Shown here: positions 54,025 through 62,984 of the stretch, piece by piece
Position numbering within the stretch: position 1 is the stretch's first letter
How the letters are laid out: each line of letters starts with the position of its first letter
From: Acidobacteriota bacterium
Lineage (GTDB): Bacteria > Acidobacteriota > Vicinamibacteria > Vicinamibacterales > UBA2999
Reading direction: 5' to 3'
Length of the DNA: 64,000 nucleotides
Assembly (NCBI GenBank): GCA_046726375.1
Contig: JBKPAJ010000007.1
Span: forward strand, 6,488-70,487
Made by a program: the position numbers and the translations under genes
Notes under the pieces: model-generated
The model's database searches: none
What the model was told of the DNA's origin: nothing
What the model saw: only the letters and a program-made list of their open reading frames with translations

Positions 54025-54687
54025 ATGAGTTTGAAGATAGGCGACGTTGCGCCGGATTTCGAGGCCGACACAACCGAGGGTCGAATCCGGTTCCACGAAT
54101 GGATCGGCGACGCGTGGGCGGTTTTGTTCTCGCACCCGAAGGATTTCACGCCGGTGTGCACGACCGAGCTGGGATACATGGCGAAGCTCAAGCCTGAATT
54201 CGAGAAGCGCGGGGTCAAGGTCATCGGGTTGAGTGTCGATCCGGTCGACAACCACTCGCGCTGGGCCAACGACATCAAAGAAACCCAGGGGTTTGCGCCC
54301 AACTACCCGATGATTGGCGACACCGAACTCGAGGTGTCGAAGCTGTATGGCATGTTGCCTGCGGATCTCGAGGGAACCTGCGACGGCCGAACGCCGGCCG
54401 ACAATGCCACGGTCCGCACGGTGTTCGTGGTCGGTCCCGACAAGAAGATCAAGCTGCACTTTGCGTATCCGATGACGACCGGGCGGAACTTCGACGAGGT
54501 GCTGCGCGTGATCGACTCGATGCAGTTGACGGCCAAGCACAAAGTGGCGACGCCGGTGAACTGGAAGCAGGGTGAGGATGTGATCATCGCGGGCTCGGTT
54601 TCGGATGACGAGGCAAAGAAGACGTATCCGGAGGGTTGGAAGTCGCCGAAGCCGTATTTGCGGATCGTGCCGCAGCCGCGGGGATAG
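54025..54687 (+). CDS. 1-Cys peroxiredoxin (Prx6 type)
   Basis: GDVAPDFEADTTEGRIRFHEWIGDAWAVLFSHPKDFTPVCTTELG is the canonical peroxidatic Cys context. Confidence 0.9.
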   Translation: MSLKIGDVAPDFEADTTEGRIRFHEWIGDAWAVLFSHPKDFTPVCTTELGYMAKLKPEFEKRGVKVIGLSVDPVDNHSRWANDIKETQGFAPNYPMIGDTELEVSKLYGMLPADLEGTCDGRTPADNATVRTVFVVGPDKKIKLHFAYPMTTGRNFDEVLRVIDSMQLTAKHKVATPVNWKQGEDVIIAGSVSDDEAKKTYPEGWKSPKPYLRIVPQPRG

Positions 54688-54782
54688 GTACGAGTTCTAG
54701 GTTCCTAGGTTCCCAAGTTCATAGGTTCTGGAGCGTCGGAACCATGGAACTTCGGAACCTGGGAACTTCGAAACCTCGAAAC
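54688..54782. repeat. GTTCC(T/C)A(G/A)GTTC-word hairpin filling a convergent junction
   Basis: Left arm gttctaggttcctaggttcccaagttcataggttctgg, loop agcgtcgg, right arm aaccatggaacttcggaacctgggaacttcgaaacctcgaaac. Confidence 0.8.
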
Positions 54783-54790
54783 GCGCTGGC

Positions 54791-55363
54791 TCATCGAGGC
54801 GGATGGCGCCGCAGCAGCGTCTCGGCAAGGCGGCCGAGCGTTCGTGCGGCCTGTCGGCGTGCATCTCCACGGCGTTCGCTACGCTGCGTCTCGCGAGGCG
54901 TCTCAGGCGCGCGATCGTCGTCGCGCGCAATCGTATCGGTGACGCGCCTCGCAAACATGAAGCGCGTGGCCCAATACTCTTCATTCAAGTGGTCGCGGCG
55001 CACGCGCCCATGCCGCTTGCTGGCGTTGACCATCACGCCGCTGCCTTCATAGATGCCGACGTGGGTGACGAACGACCGGCGCGTGTCCGATGAAAAAAAT
55101 ACGAGATCGCCGCGCTGCAGCCGGCGGCCCGTGGGATCGCCGACGTCCGACTGGTTGACAGCCCGGCGCGGCAGATCGATGCCGAACTCGCCGAACACGT
55201 ACTGAGTCAGGCCGGAGCAATCAAAGGAGGTCGGACCTTCGGCGCCCCACACGTAGGGACGTCCGATCAGGCTCGCCGCCAAATCGACAACGTCAGACGC
55301 CGACACGGGAGTGGTGAAGAGAAGGAAAGACAGCAGCAGCGGGCATGCGATTCTCGAGAACAT
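54791..55363 (-). CDS. secreted NlpC/P60 family cell-wall peptidase
   Basis: From ATG 55363: signal peptide, then GRPYVWGAEGPTSFDCSGLTQYVF ... FVTHVGIY (Cys/His catalytic contexts). Confidence 0.85.
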   Translation of the reverse strand: MFSRIACPLLLSFLLFTTPVSASDVVDLAASLIGRPYVWGAEGPTSFDCSGLTQYVFGEFGIDLPRRAVNQSDVGDPTGRRLQRGDLVFFSSDTRRSFVTHVGIYEGSGVMVNASKRHGRVRRDHLNEEYWATRFMFARRVTDTIARDDDRAPETPRETQRSERRGDARRQAARTLGRLAETLLRRHPPR

Positions 55364-55709
55364 GGTCGCTCCGTTCGTCTGGAGCGGCAGGCATGGCGGA
55401 GGATGCGCGGCTGAGGCGCACGCAAGTTGAGCGCCAACATCGTCAACGTGGTTTACGGCGACGATTGCTGCAACGGCGGCGCGTTCGCTGACTCGAACCG
55501 TTCTCGCGCGGAGACATCCAGCGCCCACGACACCCGGCAACTGTCGCGATTCGGCGACGGTCGTCGCCGCGATTTTTTCGTGCAGCTTGCGGATAAACCG
55601 TTCCGAAACGGCTGGCTCGAACCGACCGGCGCAAAACGCATCGCGCCACTATCTGTCCGTGAGCTGTCTCACTAGGTTACCGGCCCACTGGAGTCGCCGA
55701 TTGCGAACG

Positions 55710-55837
55710 GTGAATGTTGAGATTTGGAAATCTCGAGATTTGGAGCAGATCTGGAGATGTGAAAATCTTGAGATTTGACGATCTAGAGATCTCCAAATTC
55801 TCTCCAAATCTCCACATCACCAAATCTCCATATTCAC
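55710..55837. repeat. GAGATTTGGA-word hairpin with terminal inverted repeats GTGAAT(G/A)T(T/G)GAGATTTGG
   Basis: Left end gtgaatgttgagatttggaaatctcgagatttggag. Right end ctccaaatctccacatcaccaaatctccatattcac. Confidence 0.8.
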
Positions 55838-55862
55838 GCGTCACTCGCCCCGATTGCGCGGA

Positions 55863-56762
55863 CTAGCTGATGAACGTGCCTCGACGCAGGTCTTCCATCG
55901 CCTGCCGGATCTCCGCGCGCGTGTTCATCACGATGGGGCCGTGCCATGCAACCGGTTCTTCGATCGGTTTGCCCGACACGAGCAGGAATCTGATGCCTTC
56001 GTCTCCCGCCTGAACAACAACTTCGTCGCCGCGATCGAAGAGCACGAGCGATCGATTGCCCACGTACGCCGCATCGGCAACCGAGTTGTTGCTGACCACC
56101 TCCGTTTTTACCTCACGCGGATCGGACGCGTCGCGAAAGCTTCCCGAGCCGGCGAAGACGTACGCGAAGGCGTGGTTTGTGGTTTCAACCGCGAGCCTCT
56201 TCTTCTTGCCGGGCGGTACGAAGATGTCGAGATAGCGCGGGTTCGCCGCTACCCCTTCGACCGGACCCCTCTTGCCCCAGAACTCTCCCGTGATCACCCG
56301 CGCGATGGTGCCATCGTCATCCGTGACTTCGGGAATGTCGACGCCTTTGATGTCCTGATAACGTGGCGCCGTCATCTTCAACGACGAAGGCAAATTCGCC
56401 CACAACTGAAAGCCGTGCATTCGGCCGCGCTGATTGCCTTTTGGCATCTCCTGATGCAGGATGCCGCGGCCGGCGGTCATCCATTGCACGTCGCCCGGAC
56501 CGAGGCTGCCGCGGTTGCCGAGGCTGTCGCCGTGATCGACGGTGCCGGCGAGCACATAGGTGATGGTCTCGATGCCGCGATGCGGATGCCACGGGAATCC
56601 AGCAAGGTAGTCGGCTGGATTGTCGTTGCGGAAATCGTCGAGCAGGAGAAACGGGTCGTACAAATCGGTATCACCGAAACCGAACGCACGATGCAGCTTC
56701 ACGCCGGCGCCTTCCATGGTGGGCTGCGATTGAATAACGTGCTTGACAGGTCGAATTGACAT
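55863..56762 (-). CDS. pirin family protein
   Basis: 299 aa. GFPWHPHRGIETITYVLAG ... DVQWMTAGRGILHQEMP is the pirin bicupin signature. Confidence 0.9.
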   Translation of the reverse strand: MSIRPVKHVIQSQPTMEGAGVKLHRAFGFGDTDLYDPFLLLDDFRNDNPADYLAGFPWHPHRGIETITYVLAGTVDHGDSLGNRGSLGPGDVQWMTAGRGILHQEMPKGNQRGRMHGFQLWANLPSSLKMTAPRYQDIKGVDIPEVTDDDGTIARVITGEFWGKRGPVEGVAANPRYLDIFVPPGKKKRLAVETTNHAFAYVFAGSGSFRDASDPREVKTEVVSNNSVADAAYVGNRSLVLFDRGDEVVVQAGDEGIRFLLVSGKPIEEPVAWHGPIVMNTRAEIRQAMEDLRRGTFIS

Positions 56763-56930
56763 GGTGGTTAGATGCTCGAGGGCGTTTCGCGATTACGCGC
56801 CGGACTGCCTGACCCGTTACCGCTCCCTCAGTTACGTTACCGGAAAACGCGGCCAGCCCAATCGACCGCGACCTCCCAGTACGTCTTCAGTGGTTAGCCG
56901 ATGTATCTGCGCGCGACATGTCATGGCCGC

Positions 56931-57001
56931 CAAAAGGAAGCGGCAGCGCCGGACGATAATCGGCAGGCCGCTCAAACAACGCGTTGTTCAGCGCCGCTTC
57001 A
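56931..57001 (-). terminator. candidate terminator of the FHA/kinase operon
   Basis: On the minus strand, GAAGCGGC ... GCCGCTTC is followed by CTTTTG. The interior contains the palindrome AACAACGCGTTGTT. The long loop makes this uncertain. Confidence 0.35.
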
Positions 57002-57832
57002 GAGAACTCGAGCAATCGAGGCCCGGTCAATTTTTACTCGCACTCGCGCCTCGCCGAGCGCGATTTCATCGTCCGTGTGTAGCCGAATTCCTCGCGAACC
57101 GGCGGGCACCCCAATCGTTCGGCCGTTGCGCACGACGCCGGTGCCGTGCGCGCTGCCATCGTCGTAGACGCGATATTCATCAGCGGCTTCGAGGTATTCG
57201 ATATGCGCGTGGCGTCGGGACACGCTGTCGTTCACAGCCCCCGCGGCGTCAGCGAAGGCGACATGATTGGTCCGAATCAACCGGTTGCGGTGATCGCGCA
57301 CCTCTGCGCAGCGTCCCAAGTCGATCCGCGCGTGCGCAAATGAATACGCGGTTGCGTCCGCCGTTCCGGTGACGATCGTGAGCTCGAGCCGGGTGTCCGC
57401 AGCGAGGACAGGAACTGCGATCGGACTCCCGGCTGTCACACGTGCAAACTCGATGTGAAAACTCGCATGCTTCCACTCAGGTTGCGGTTGCGAAAAGTAA
57501 TTGACTTTCACCGTCAGGTCGCGCGTGTCGCACGCGGCGGCGTAAAGCCGCTCCACGATTCTGTCGCGCAACGATGGCTCGCCCTCGAGCACCGCTTCGA
57601 GGCGGGCCCGCGTCTCGCGCGACGGCGCCGCCACCGACACTTTCAACCGATTGAATGGGAACACCTGTTTCCCACGACCGGCGGGCTGCACCTCCGCTTC
57701 AACAGCTTCGACGATGGCGTGAATCAGCTCCAGAGGTTCGAGCGGACTCGCATCGGTCATCGCCTGCGCCGCGCCGTTGAGCGTGCGAGCGAGCTTCTCT
57801 TCGAGTTGACGTGCCTTATCGAGAATCTTCAT
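56999..57832 (-). CDS. FhaA-like protein (DUF3662-type N-domain plus C-terminal FHA domain)
   Basis: From ATG 57832 (ATGA overlap with the upstream gene). N-terminus LDKARQLEEKLARTLNGAAQ. C-terminus IDLGRCAEV...SVSRRHAHIEY...YRVYDDGSAHGTGVVRNG...IALGEARV (FHA). Confidence 0.8.
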   Translation of the reverse strand: MKILDKARQLEEKLARTLNGAAQAMTDASPLEPLELIHAIVEAVEAEVQPAGRGKQVFPFNRLKVSVAAPSRETRARLEAVLEGEPSLRDRIVERLYAAACDTRDLTVKVNYFSQPQPEWKHASFHIEFARVTAGSPIAVPVLAADTRLELTIVTGTADATAYSFAHARIDLGRCAEVRDHRNRLIRTNHVAFADAAGAVNDSVSRRHAHIEYLEAADEYRVYDDGSAHGTGVVRNGRTIGVPAGSRGIRLHTDDEIALGEARVRVKIDRASIARVL

Positions 57833-60800
57833 GGTTGCAACAGTCCTGCGGCGGCAGCGGCGTTCACGATCTCGCCGGCAACTGGCGCAGCTGCGCGGCC
57901 GCCGTATCCGGCGTTTTCGATGATCACAGCGAACGCAATCCGCTTCGTCGCGGGCCCATATGGCGCGAACCCGACGAACCACGCATGTGACGGCGCGCCG
58001 GACAGTTCGGCAGTGCCGGTCTTGCCCGCAATGCGCCACGAATTTGCGCGCAGGCTGCGGCCCGTGCCGTTGACCACGACGTCGCGCATGTACCCGGCGA
58101 GAAGATCCGATGCCGCCCGCGCCAGCAACAATTCCGTTTTCGGCCGAGCACCGGGTTCCGCGATCACGCGTACATCGGGCAGCGACCCTCCGCTCGCGAC
58201 GGCCGCAGCCACTCGCGCCATCCGTAGCGGTGTGGTGAGCACCTCGCCCTGCCCGAACCCCGACTCGGGAAGCGTTCGGCGCAGCCGTTGCGCCGAGTTT
58301 CCCGACGTGATCGATATGCCAAGCCGGCGCGCTGTATCGAGGAGCGCTTCCGGGCCGACTCGAAGCGCGAGCTGACCGAAGTACGCATTGCACGACTGGA
58401 CGATGGCATCGTGCATGTCGATCGTGCCGTGCGGATGCCGATCAAGGATGTCGTCGCGCACGGGACGACGCCCGGGAATGCGCGCCCCGGCGCGTCCATC
58501 GGGGAGGAGCGTGCACATGAACGTTTTTTCGCGCAACGCGATATCGCGCCGAAGCGCGGCAATTGCCGTGACGAGTTTGAACGTCGATCCAGGTGTGTAA
58601 AGCCCATACCGAGCGCGATCGAGCAACGCGTCGGGGTTGCCGTTCGTGCCGGCTGCTGGCTGCGTGAGATAGGGCGATGGGTAACTCGCCAACGCAAGAA
58701 TGTCGCCGCTGGCCGCGTCGATCACGATGGCCGCGGCGCGATGGGTCGCCGAGCTATTTGCGTAATTCGACAGAATCACGGCGACCCGGTGCTGGAGGCC
58801 GGCGTCCACCGTCACACCTACGTCATGCGTGCGCGTCAGGAGACGCTTGACGTCAGGATGATCGAAGTCGTGGCGATGGCGCAGCAGCGGAATCAGCTCG
58901 CGGTGATGCTCATAACCGCGCAGCCGATCGTACGCATCGCGCTCGACGTACGAGGTGTTGCTCGCGCCCCAATTCATCCTCGTGGTCGCGTCTCCCAGAA
59001 CATGAAACGCTTCGCCCGCGAGCGGATAGCAGCGTTCGATCGGCTCTGCACAAGTAGCGCCTGGCAACACACCGAGTTTGGCGAATGTCTCGCGCGACTT
59101 GGCGAAGGTCGCGGCATTGGAGGTGGCAAGAGGCAGACCCCGCCGATCGTAAATGGTGCCGCGCGGGATCAGCCGTGCCACGTCGAGCACGCGCGGGTTG
59201 TACTGGTATCTGCGCACACCATCCGCTTGCAGACTGAGATGAGGCTGCACGAGGTAGCGATCGGCGTTCAGCACCTGAACGTCCAGCACTCCGACAACGA
59301 GACCGATCGTTGCCAACGCGAGCACGCCACGCAACCAGCGCATCGGTTTGCGGAACGGTTCGCTCATCTCGCTCCCATCGCGATGCGCCGCAACACCCAT
59401 CAGCATGCCGAGCGCCGCAAAGTTTGCGGCCATGGCCGATCCGCCATAGCTGAGAAACGGCGTGACGACGCCCGTGAGCGGCGTCACCCCGAGAGTGCCG
59501 GCAGCCATGACGATCACCGGCACGATCAAAAAGAGCGTGATGGCAGTTGCGAGGAAGAAGCCGTAATCGCTTCCCGCGCGAAGCGCGATACGGAACCCGC
59601 GCCAGCCGATGACGGCGTAGATCGCGGCGATCGCAATCAAACCGGCGGCGCCCAGTTCTTCCCCGATGGCGGCTAGAACGAGATCGGTGGCGCCTGCCGG
59701 TAGATAACGCGTATCGCCGAGTCCGAGACCGGTACCGAACAGTCCTCCCGTCGAGAGCGCCCACATCGATTGCGCAATCTGATCCCCGCCGCGCACCGCG
59801 TTGTCCCATGGCGACTGCCACATCCGGACGCGATCGGCGAGTGTCGTCGAGATGTTCCAGCGGTAACCAAGGTAGAAGCCTGCCACGAGCACAAGCAGGC
59901 CCGAGAGCGCCATCGTGGCGCGACCTCTCGCGACTGCATAGAGCGCAAGGAACACGCACGACACCAGCAGGGCCGGGCCGAGGTCCTTCTGCAGGAAGAA
60001 AAACGCGAGTGCAGCGGTGACACCTGCGAGCACAGGCAGCACGTAATCCAGGCGCGGCACGTGCAACCAGGCGGGCACGCGGCTATTCCGAATCATGCCG
60101 GTGCGGAGTTGACTGAGCAGCTCCCATCGACGCGCGAAGTAGCCCGCGAGGAACAGCGCCAGGAGCAGCCGAATGGCTTCGATCGGCTGGACGGGACCGA
60201 GATTCACCTTTGCGCTGCTGTTGCCAGGCGCTGTCCCGAGAACCACGAGCACGAGCGACAACCCGAGCGCAGCAACCAGTGGCAGATAGCTGAATCGCAG
60301 AAACACGGCGCGGCGGAAATCGACGAGCGAGACCAGCACCATCGCGCCCAGACCGACAAGCACTCCCTCGGTGTAGCGAATCACGATCATCGTGTCGCGA
60401 AGCGGATCGGGACGCGTCAGCGCAATCGCAAATCCAATAGCCGTGAGCAAATGCGCGGCGGCCAACAGCAGGGGCTCGCCGGACACGCCGCGTAGCCACC
60501 AGAGCAAGAGCACGAGGTAAAACGCCGCGAGGTAGAGCGCCGCGTACGACACAGTCGTTCGCCGAAAGGCATCGTGCGTTCGGACAATGAGCGAAGGCTT
60601 CACTGTCGCGAGCTGATTGGGTGTCAGCACCCGTGCGCTTGCGATCGCGCCGACGTAGGGGATGGCGTGACCGCCGCTGCGGAGCGCAACGACATGCTGA
60701 AACAAAGCGTTCGCCACTGCCCGGCGCTGGGACGCGTCGTCGAAAACCAGTTCGAGCGGACGCTCGAGGTTGGTCGCCTTGGCCACGGTGTTGAGATTGA

Positions 60801-60993
60801 TCACGTGCGCTGCGCGTTGCGGTGCGGCCCACGCGCCCGCTGTCTGCACGCGGCCGTTGTACGCGAGACCGATCGCCAGGATCGCCACGAGCGACGTGAG
60901 CGGCAGCAACACATGCCGTGCATCGAACAAGCGTCCTTCAGCGCTGCTGCACCGAACATCCCGTTCGAGCGCCGTCGTATAGGTCGCACCCAT
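57829..60993 (-). CDS. single-polypeptide fusion of a SEDS glycosyltransferase (FtsW/RodA) and a class B penicillin-binding transpeptidase
   Basis: 1054 aa without interruption. SEDS motifs GGLFGTGLGLG, DLVLAAIGEELG, PFLSYGGSAM. PBP motifs STFK, SCN, KTGTA. Confidence 0.85.
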   Translation of the reverse strand: MGATYTTALERDVRCSSAEGRLFDARHVLLPLTSLVAILAIGLAYNGRVQTAGAWAAPQRAAHVINLNTVAKATNLERPLELVFDDASQRRAVANALFQHVVALRSGGHAIPYVGAIASARVLTPNQLATVKPSLIVRTHDAFRRTTVSYAALYLAAFYLVLLLWWLRGVSGEPLLLAAAHLLTAIGFAIALTRPDPLRDTMIVIRYTEGVLVGLGAMVLVSLVDFRRAVFLRFSYLPLVAALGLSLVLVVLGTAPGNSSAKVNLGPVQPIEAIRLLLALFLAGYFARRWELLSQLRTGMIRNSRVPAWLHVPRLDYVLPVLAGVTAALAFFFLQKDLGPALLVSCVFLALYAVARGRATMALSGLLVLVAGFYLGYRWNISTTLADRVRMWQSPWDNAVRGGDQIAQSMWALSTGGLFGTGLGLGDTRYLPAGATDLVLAAIGEELGAAGLIAIAAIYAVIGWRGFRIALRAGSDYGFFLATAITLFLIVPVIVMAAGTLGVTPLTGVVTPFLSYGGSAMAANFAALGMLMGVAAHRDGSEMSEPFRKPMRWLRGVLALATIGLVVGVLDVQVLNADRYLVQPHLSLQADGVRRYQYNPRVLDVARLIPRGTIYDRRGLPLATSNAATFAKSRETFAKLGVLPGATCAEPIERCYPLAGEAFHVLGDATTRMNWGASNTSYVERDAYDRLRGYEHHRELIPLLRHRHDFDHPDVKRLLTRTHDVGVTVDAGLQHRVAVILSNYANSSATHRAAAIVIDAASGDILALASYPSPYLTQPAAGTNGNPDALLDRARYGLYTPGSTFKLVTAIAALRRDIALREKTFMCTLLPDGRAGARIPGRRPVRDDILDRHPHGTIDMHDAIVQSCNAYFGQLALRVGPEALLDTARRLGISITSGNSAQRLRRTLPESGFGQGEVLTTPLRMARVAAAVASGGSLPDVRVIAEPGARPKTELLLARAASDLLAGYMRDVVVNGTGRSLRANSWRIAGKTGTAELSGAPSHAWFVGFAPYGPATKRIAFAVIIENAGYGGRAAAPVAGEIVNAAAAAGLLQP

Positions 60994-62984
60994 CAGTGCG
61001 GTTCCGGAACTCGCTTGATCGTTGATGGATCCGCGACGACCGTCTCGAGCGCAAACGGTGTCGAACCCTTGGCCGGCGGGCTGTCGAGTTCCCCAATTCG
61101 ATCTTCGATCTGAGCGAGGCGCCGCTGGGCGATGCTGATGTACCTCGGTACGCCGCCGTAATCGCCCGCCTGCCCGTAAAGCGAGAGCGCTTCGCGATAG
61201 GCCTCCGCCGCCCTTGATAAGTAGTCGCGTTCCTGCGAGAGACCTTCGACTTGGCGCGCGCTGCGCGCGAGCGATTCGCCGCGCGCGCGGTAGCCGTCGC
61301 CGAGCTGAACGATCTCACGCGGCGAGGATGTGTATCCGCGCTGCCGTGCCTGGGTCAGCGCATCGGCGCCGCGCTCGACATCCTCGAGTCCGTAAATGAA
61401 CGTGCGCGCGAGACCGAGAAACGGATCCGGCCATTTCGGCCGCAGCTCCGCGGCCTCGCGGAAGGCGGTTACGGCCTCGGTAAACTCCCGGCGTGCCTCC
61501 GCCGGCTGTCTCCGCCCCTTTCGTGCCTCGCCGTTGATGCGGTGGATGTGACCGTCACAGTAGAGTAGCGCCGCTTTGAGCGATCGATCGCCCGGCGTCA
61601 GCGCCAGTGTGCGCGCCAGCGCGTCGCGTGCCATCTGCCACTGCGCTTCTCGAACCGACGGTAGCGGTGAGCGATAGTTCTCAATCACCTTCTCGGCGAG
61701 CGCTACCGATTGATCCTTCAGTGATCGTTTGAGCTTGTCAGTCGCCCAACCGAGATAGCTGCGTCGCTCCAATCGGTCGTATTGCGTCCAGACATCGGCC
61801 AACTCACTGAGTTCGCGCGTCGGGACATACGCCGCGACACGATCCGCAGCCGACGCGACCCACCGTTCATGCGCGGAGAGCACGACATAGAGCATCAGGA
61901 GACCAAGTGCGAAACGCCGGAATCGGCGCGGCTTGCGTGCCGGGACGGCCGCCGGCGCCGGAACCATCGCCGGCGCAGGGATCGGCGGCGGGACTTGGAT
62001 CGGAACCGGCGGTGGAAGCGGCGGTGCGGTGCGACGCGTCGCCTCATCGTCGGCTTCCGCCGGCGGACGCGTGCGGCGCGTCGGCGCCTGGTCCGCGGCC
62101 CGTGCCGGCCATCCCTCCTGTTCCGCGCACGTTTGCGTACGCGTCAACAGACGCTCGAGATCCTCACGAATATGACTCGCACTGTCGTAGCGAGTGAGCG
62201 GGTCTGGTCCGAGCAGCTTGGCCGCAACCGCGTGCACGCCGGCCGGATATGCGCCATCGAGCGACGGCGCCGGCTGACGCGACAGAATGATTTGTTCGAG
62301 CCGTCGGGTGTCCGGCGCCTCAAACGGCGGCCGGCCGCGCAGCATTTCGTGCAGCAACACACCGATCGCCCAGTAGTCGGCATGGCGATCGACTTCGCCC
62401 GATTCGAGCCGCTCCGGCGAGAGATAGGCGACGCTGCCAAAGTCGTTGCGCGTGACCTTGCGGCTCAGCGACAACGCCTTGGCGATGCCGAAATCGAGAA
62501 CCTTCACCTCGCCGGTCGGCGTGATGCGGACGTTGCGAGGTTTGAGGTCGCCGTGCACCAACGATCGCAAGCTTCGATCGCCCATCGTCGCTTCGAATCG
62601 ATGCGCGTCCTCGAGGAAGTGGCACAGCTCGATTGCCGTCGCCGCCGCGCGCTCGACGCTCAAGGGTCCCCGGGTGATCACATCGGAAAGGTTTTCTCCT
62701 TCGAGATACTCCATTGCGACGTAGAAGTATCCCGACTCGATGCCGTGTTCGTATACACGCGGCACATGCGGGCTCTCCTGAGAGAACTGTTTTTGCAGTT
62801 CCGCGCCCCACTGTTCGGCCTCGCGCACTTCACGTGCTTCGCGGTCGCTGCCGTCCGGCACCAGCTTGAGCGCCACGCGAGAACCGAGACGCGTATCGGT
62901 TGCCAGAAAGACGACCGCCATGCCGCCGCGGCCGATTTCGTGGTGAATCTCGAACGGGCCGAGTTGATTGAATACTGTGCCCAT
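60993..62984 (-). CDS. Hanks-type Ser/Thr protein kinase with TM and helical-repeat extracytoplasmic domain
   Basis: GRGGMAVVFLA, VALK, HGDLKPRNV, DFGIA. Pro-rich linker, TM (FALGLLMLYVVLSA), about 290 aa TPR-like C-terminal part. No PASTA repeats. Confidence 0.9.
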   Translation of the reverse strand: MGTVFNQLGPFEIHHEIGRGGMAVVFLATDTRLGSRVALKLVPDGSDREAREVREAEQWGAELQKQFSQESPHVPRVYEHGIESGYFYVAMEYLEGENLSDVITRGPLSVERAAATAIELCHFLEDAHRFEATMGDRSLRSLVHGDLKPRNVRITPTGEVKVLDFGIAKALSLSRKVTRNDFGSVAYLSPERLESGEVDRHADYWAIGVLLHEMLRGRPPFEAPDTRRLEQIILSRQPAPSLDGAYPAGVHAVAAKLLGPDPLTRYDSASHIREDLERLLTRTQTCAEQEGWPARAADQAPTRRTRPPAEADDEATRRTAPPLPPPVPIQVPPPIPAPAMVPAPAAVPARKPRRFRRFALGLLMLYVVLSAHERWVASAADRVAAYVPTRELSELADVWTQYDRLERRSYLGWATDKLKRSLKDQSVALAEKVIENYRSPLPSVREAQWQMARDALARTLALTPGDRSLKAALLYCDGHIHRINGEARKGRRQPAEARREFTEAVTAFREAAELRPKWPDPFLGLARTFIYGLEDVERGADALTQARQRGYTSSPREIVQLGDGYRARGESLARSARQVEGLSQERDYLSRAAEAYREALSLYGQAGDYGGVPRYISIAQRRLAQIEDRIGELDSPPAKGSTPFALETVVADPSTIKRVPEPH

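Noticed and set aside
55364-55709. Cyclic-di-AMP (ydaO) riboswitch upstream of NlpC/P60
   Set aside because: I looked for the conserved cores (GGGGA…CCCA, GGGGUGAAUC, CCGAAUCC…ACAGCUAACCUCGUAAGCG). I found only scattered partial resemblances (CCGAATCGCGACAG; ACAGCTCAC). That is not enough to call without a covariance-model search.
55697-55860. CCGATTGCG on both sides of the 55710-55837 element as a target-site duplication
   Set aside because: The two copies are not adjacent to the terminal inverted repeats (4 nt away on the left, 11 nt on the right), so a true TSD is not supported.
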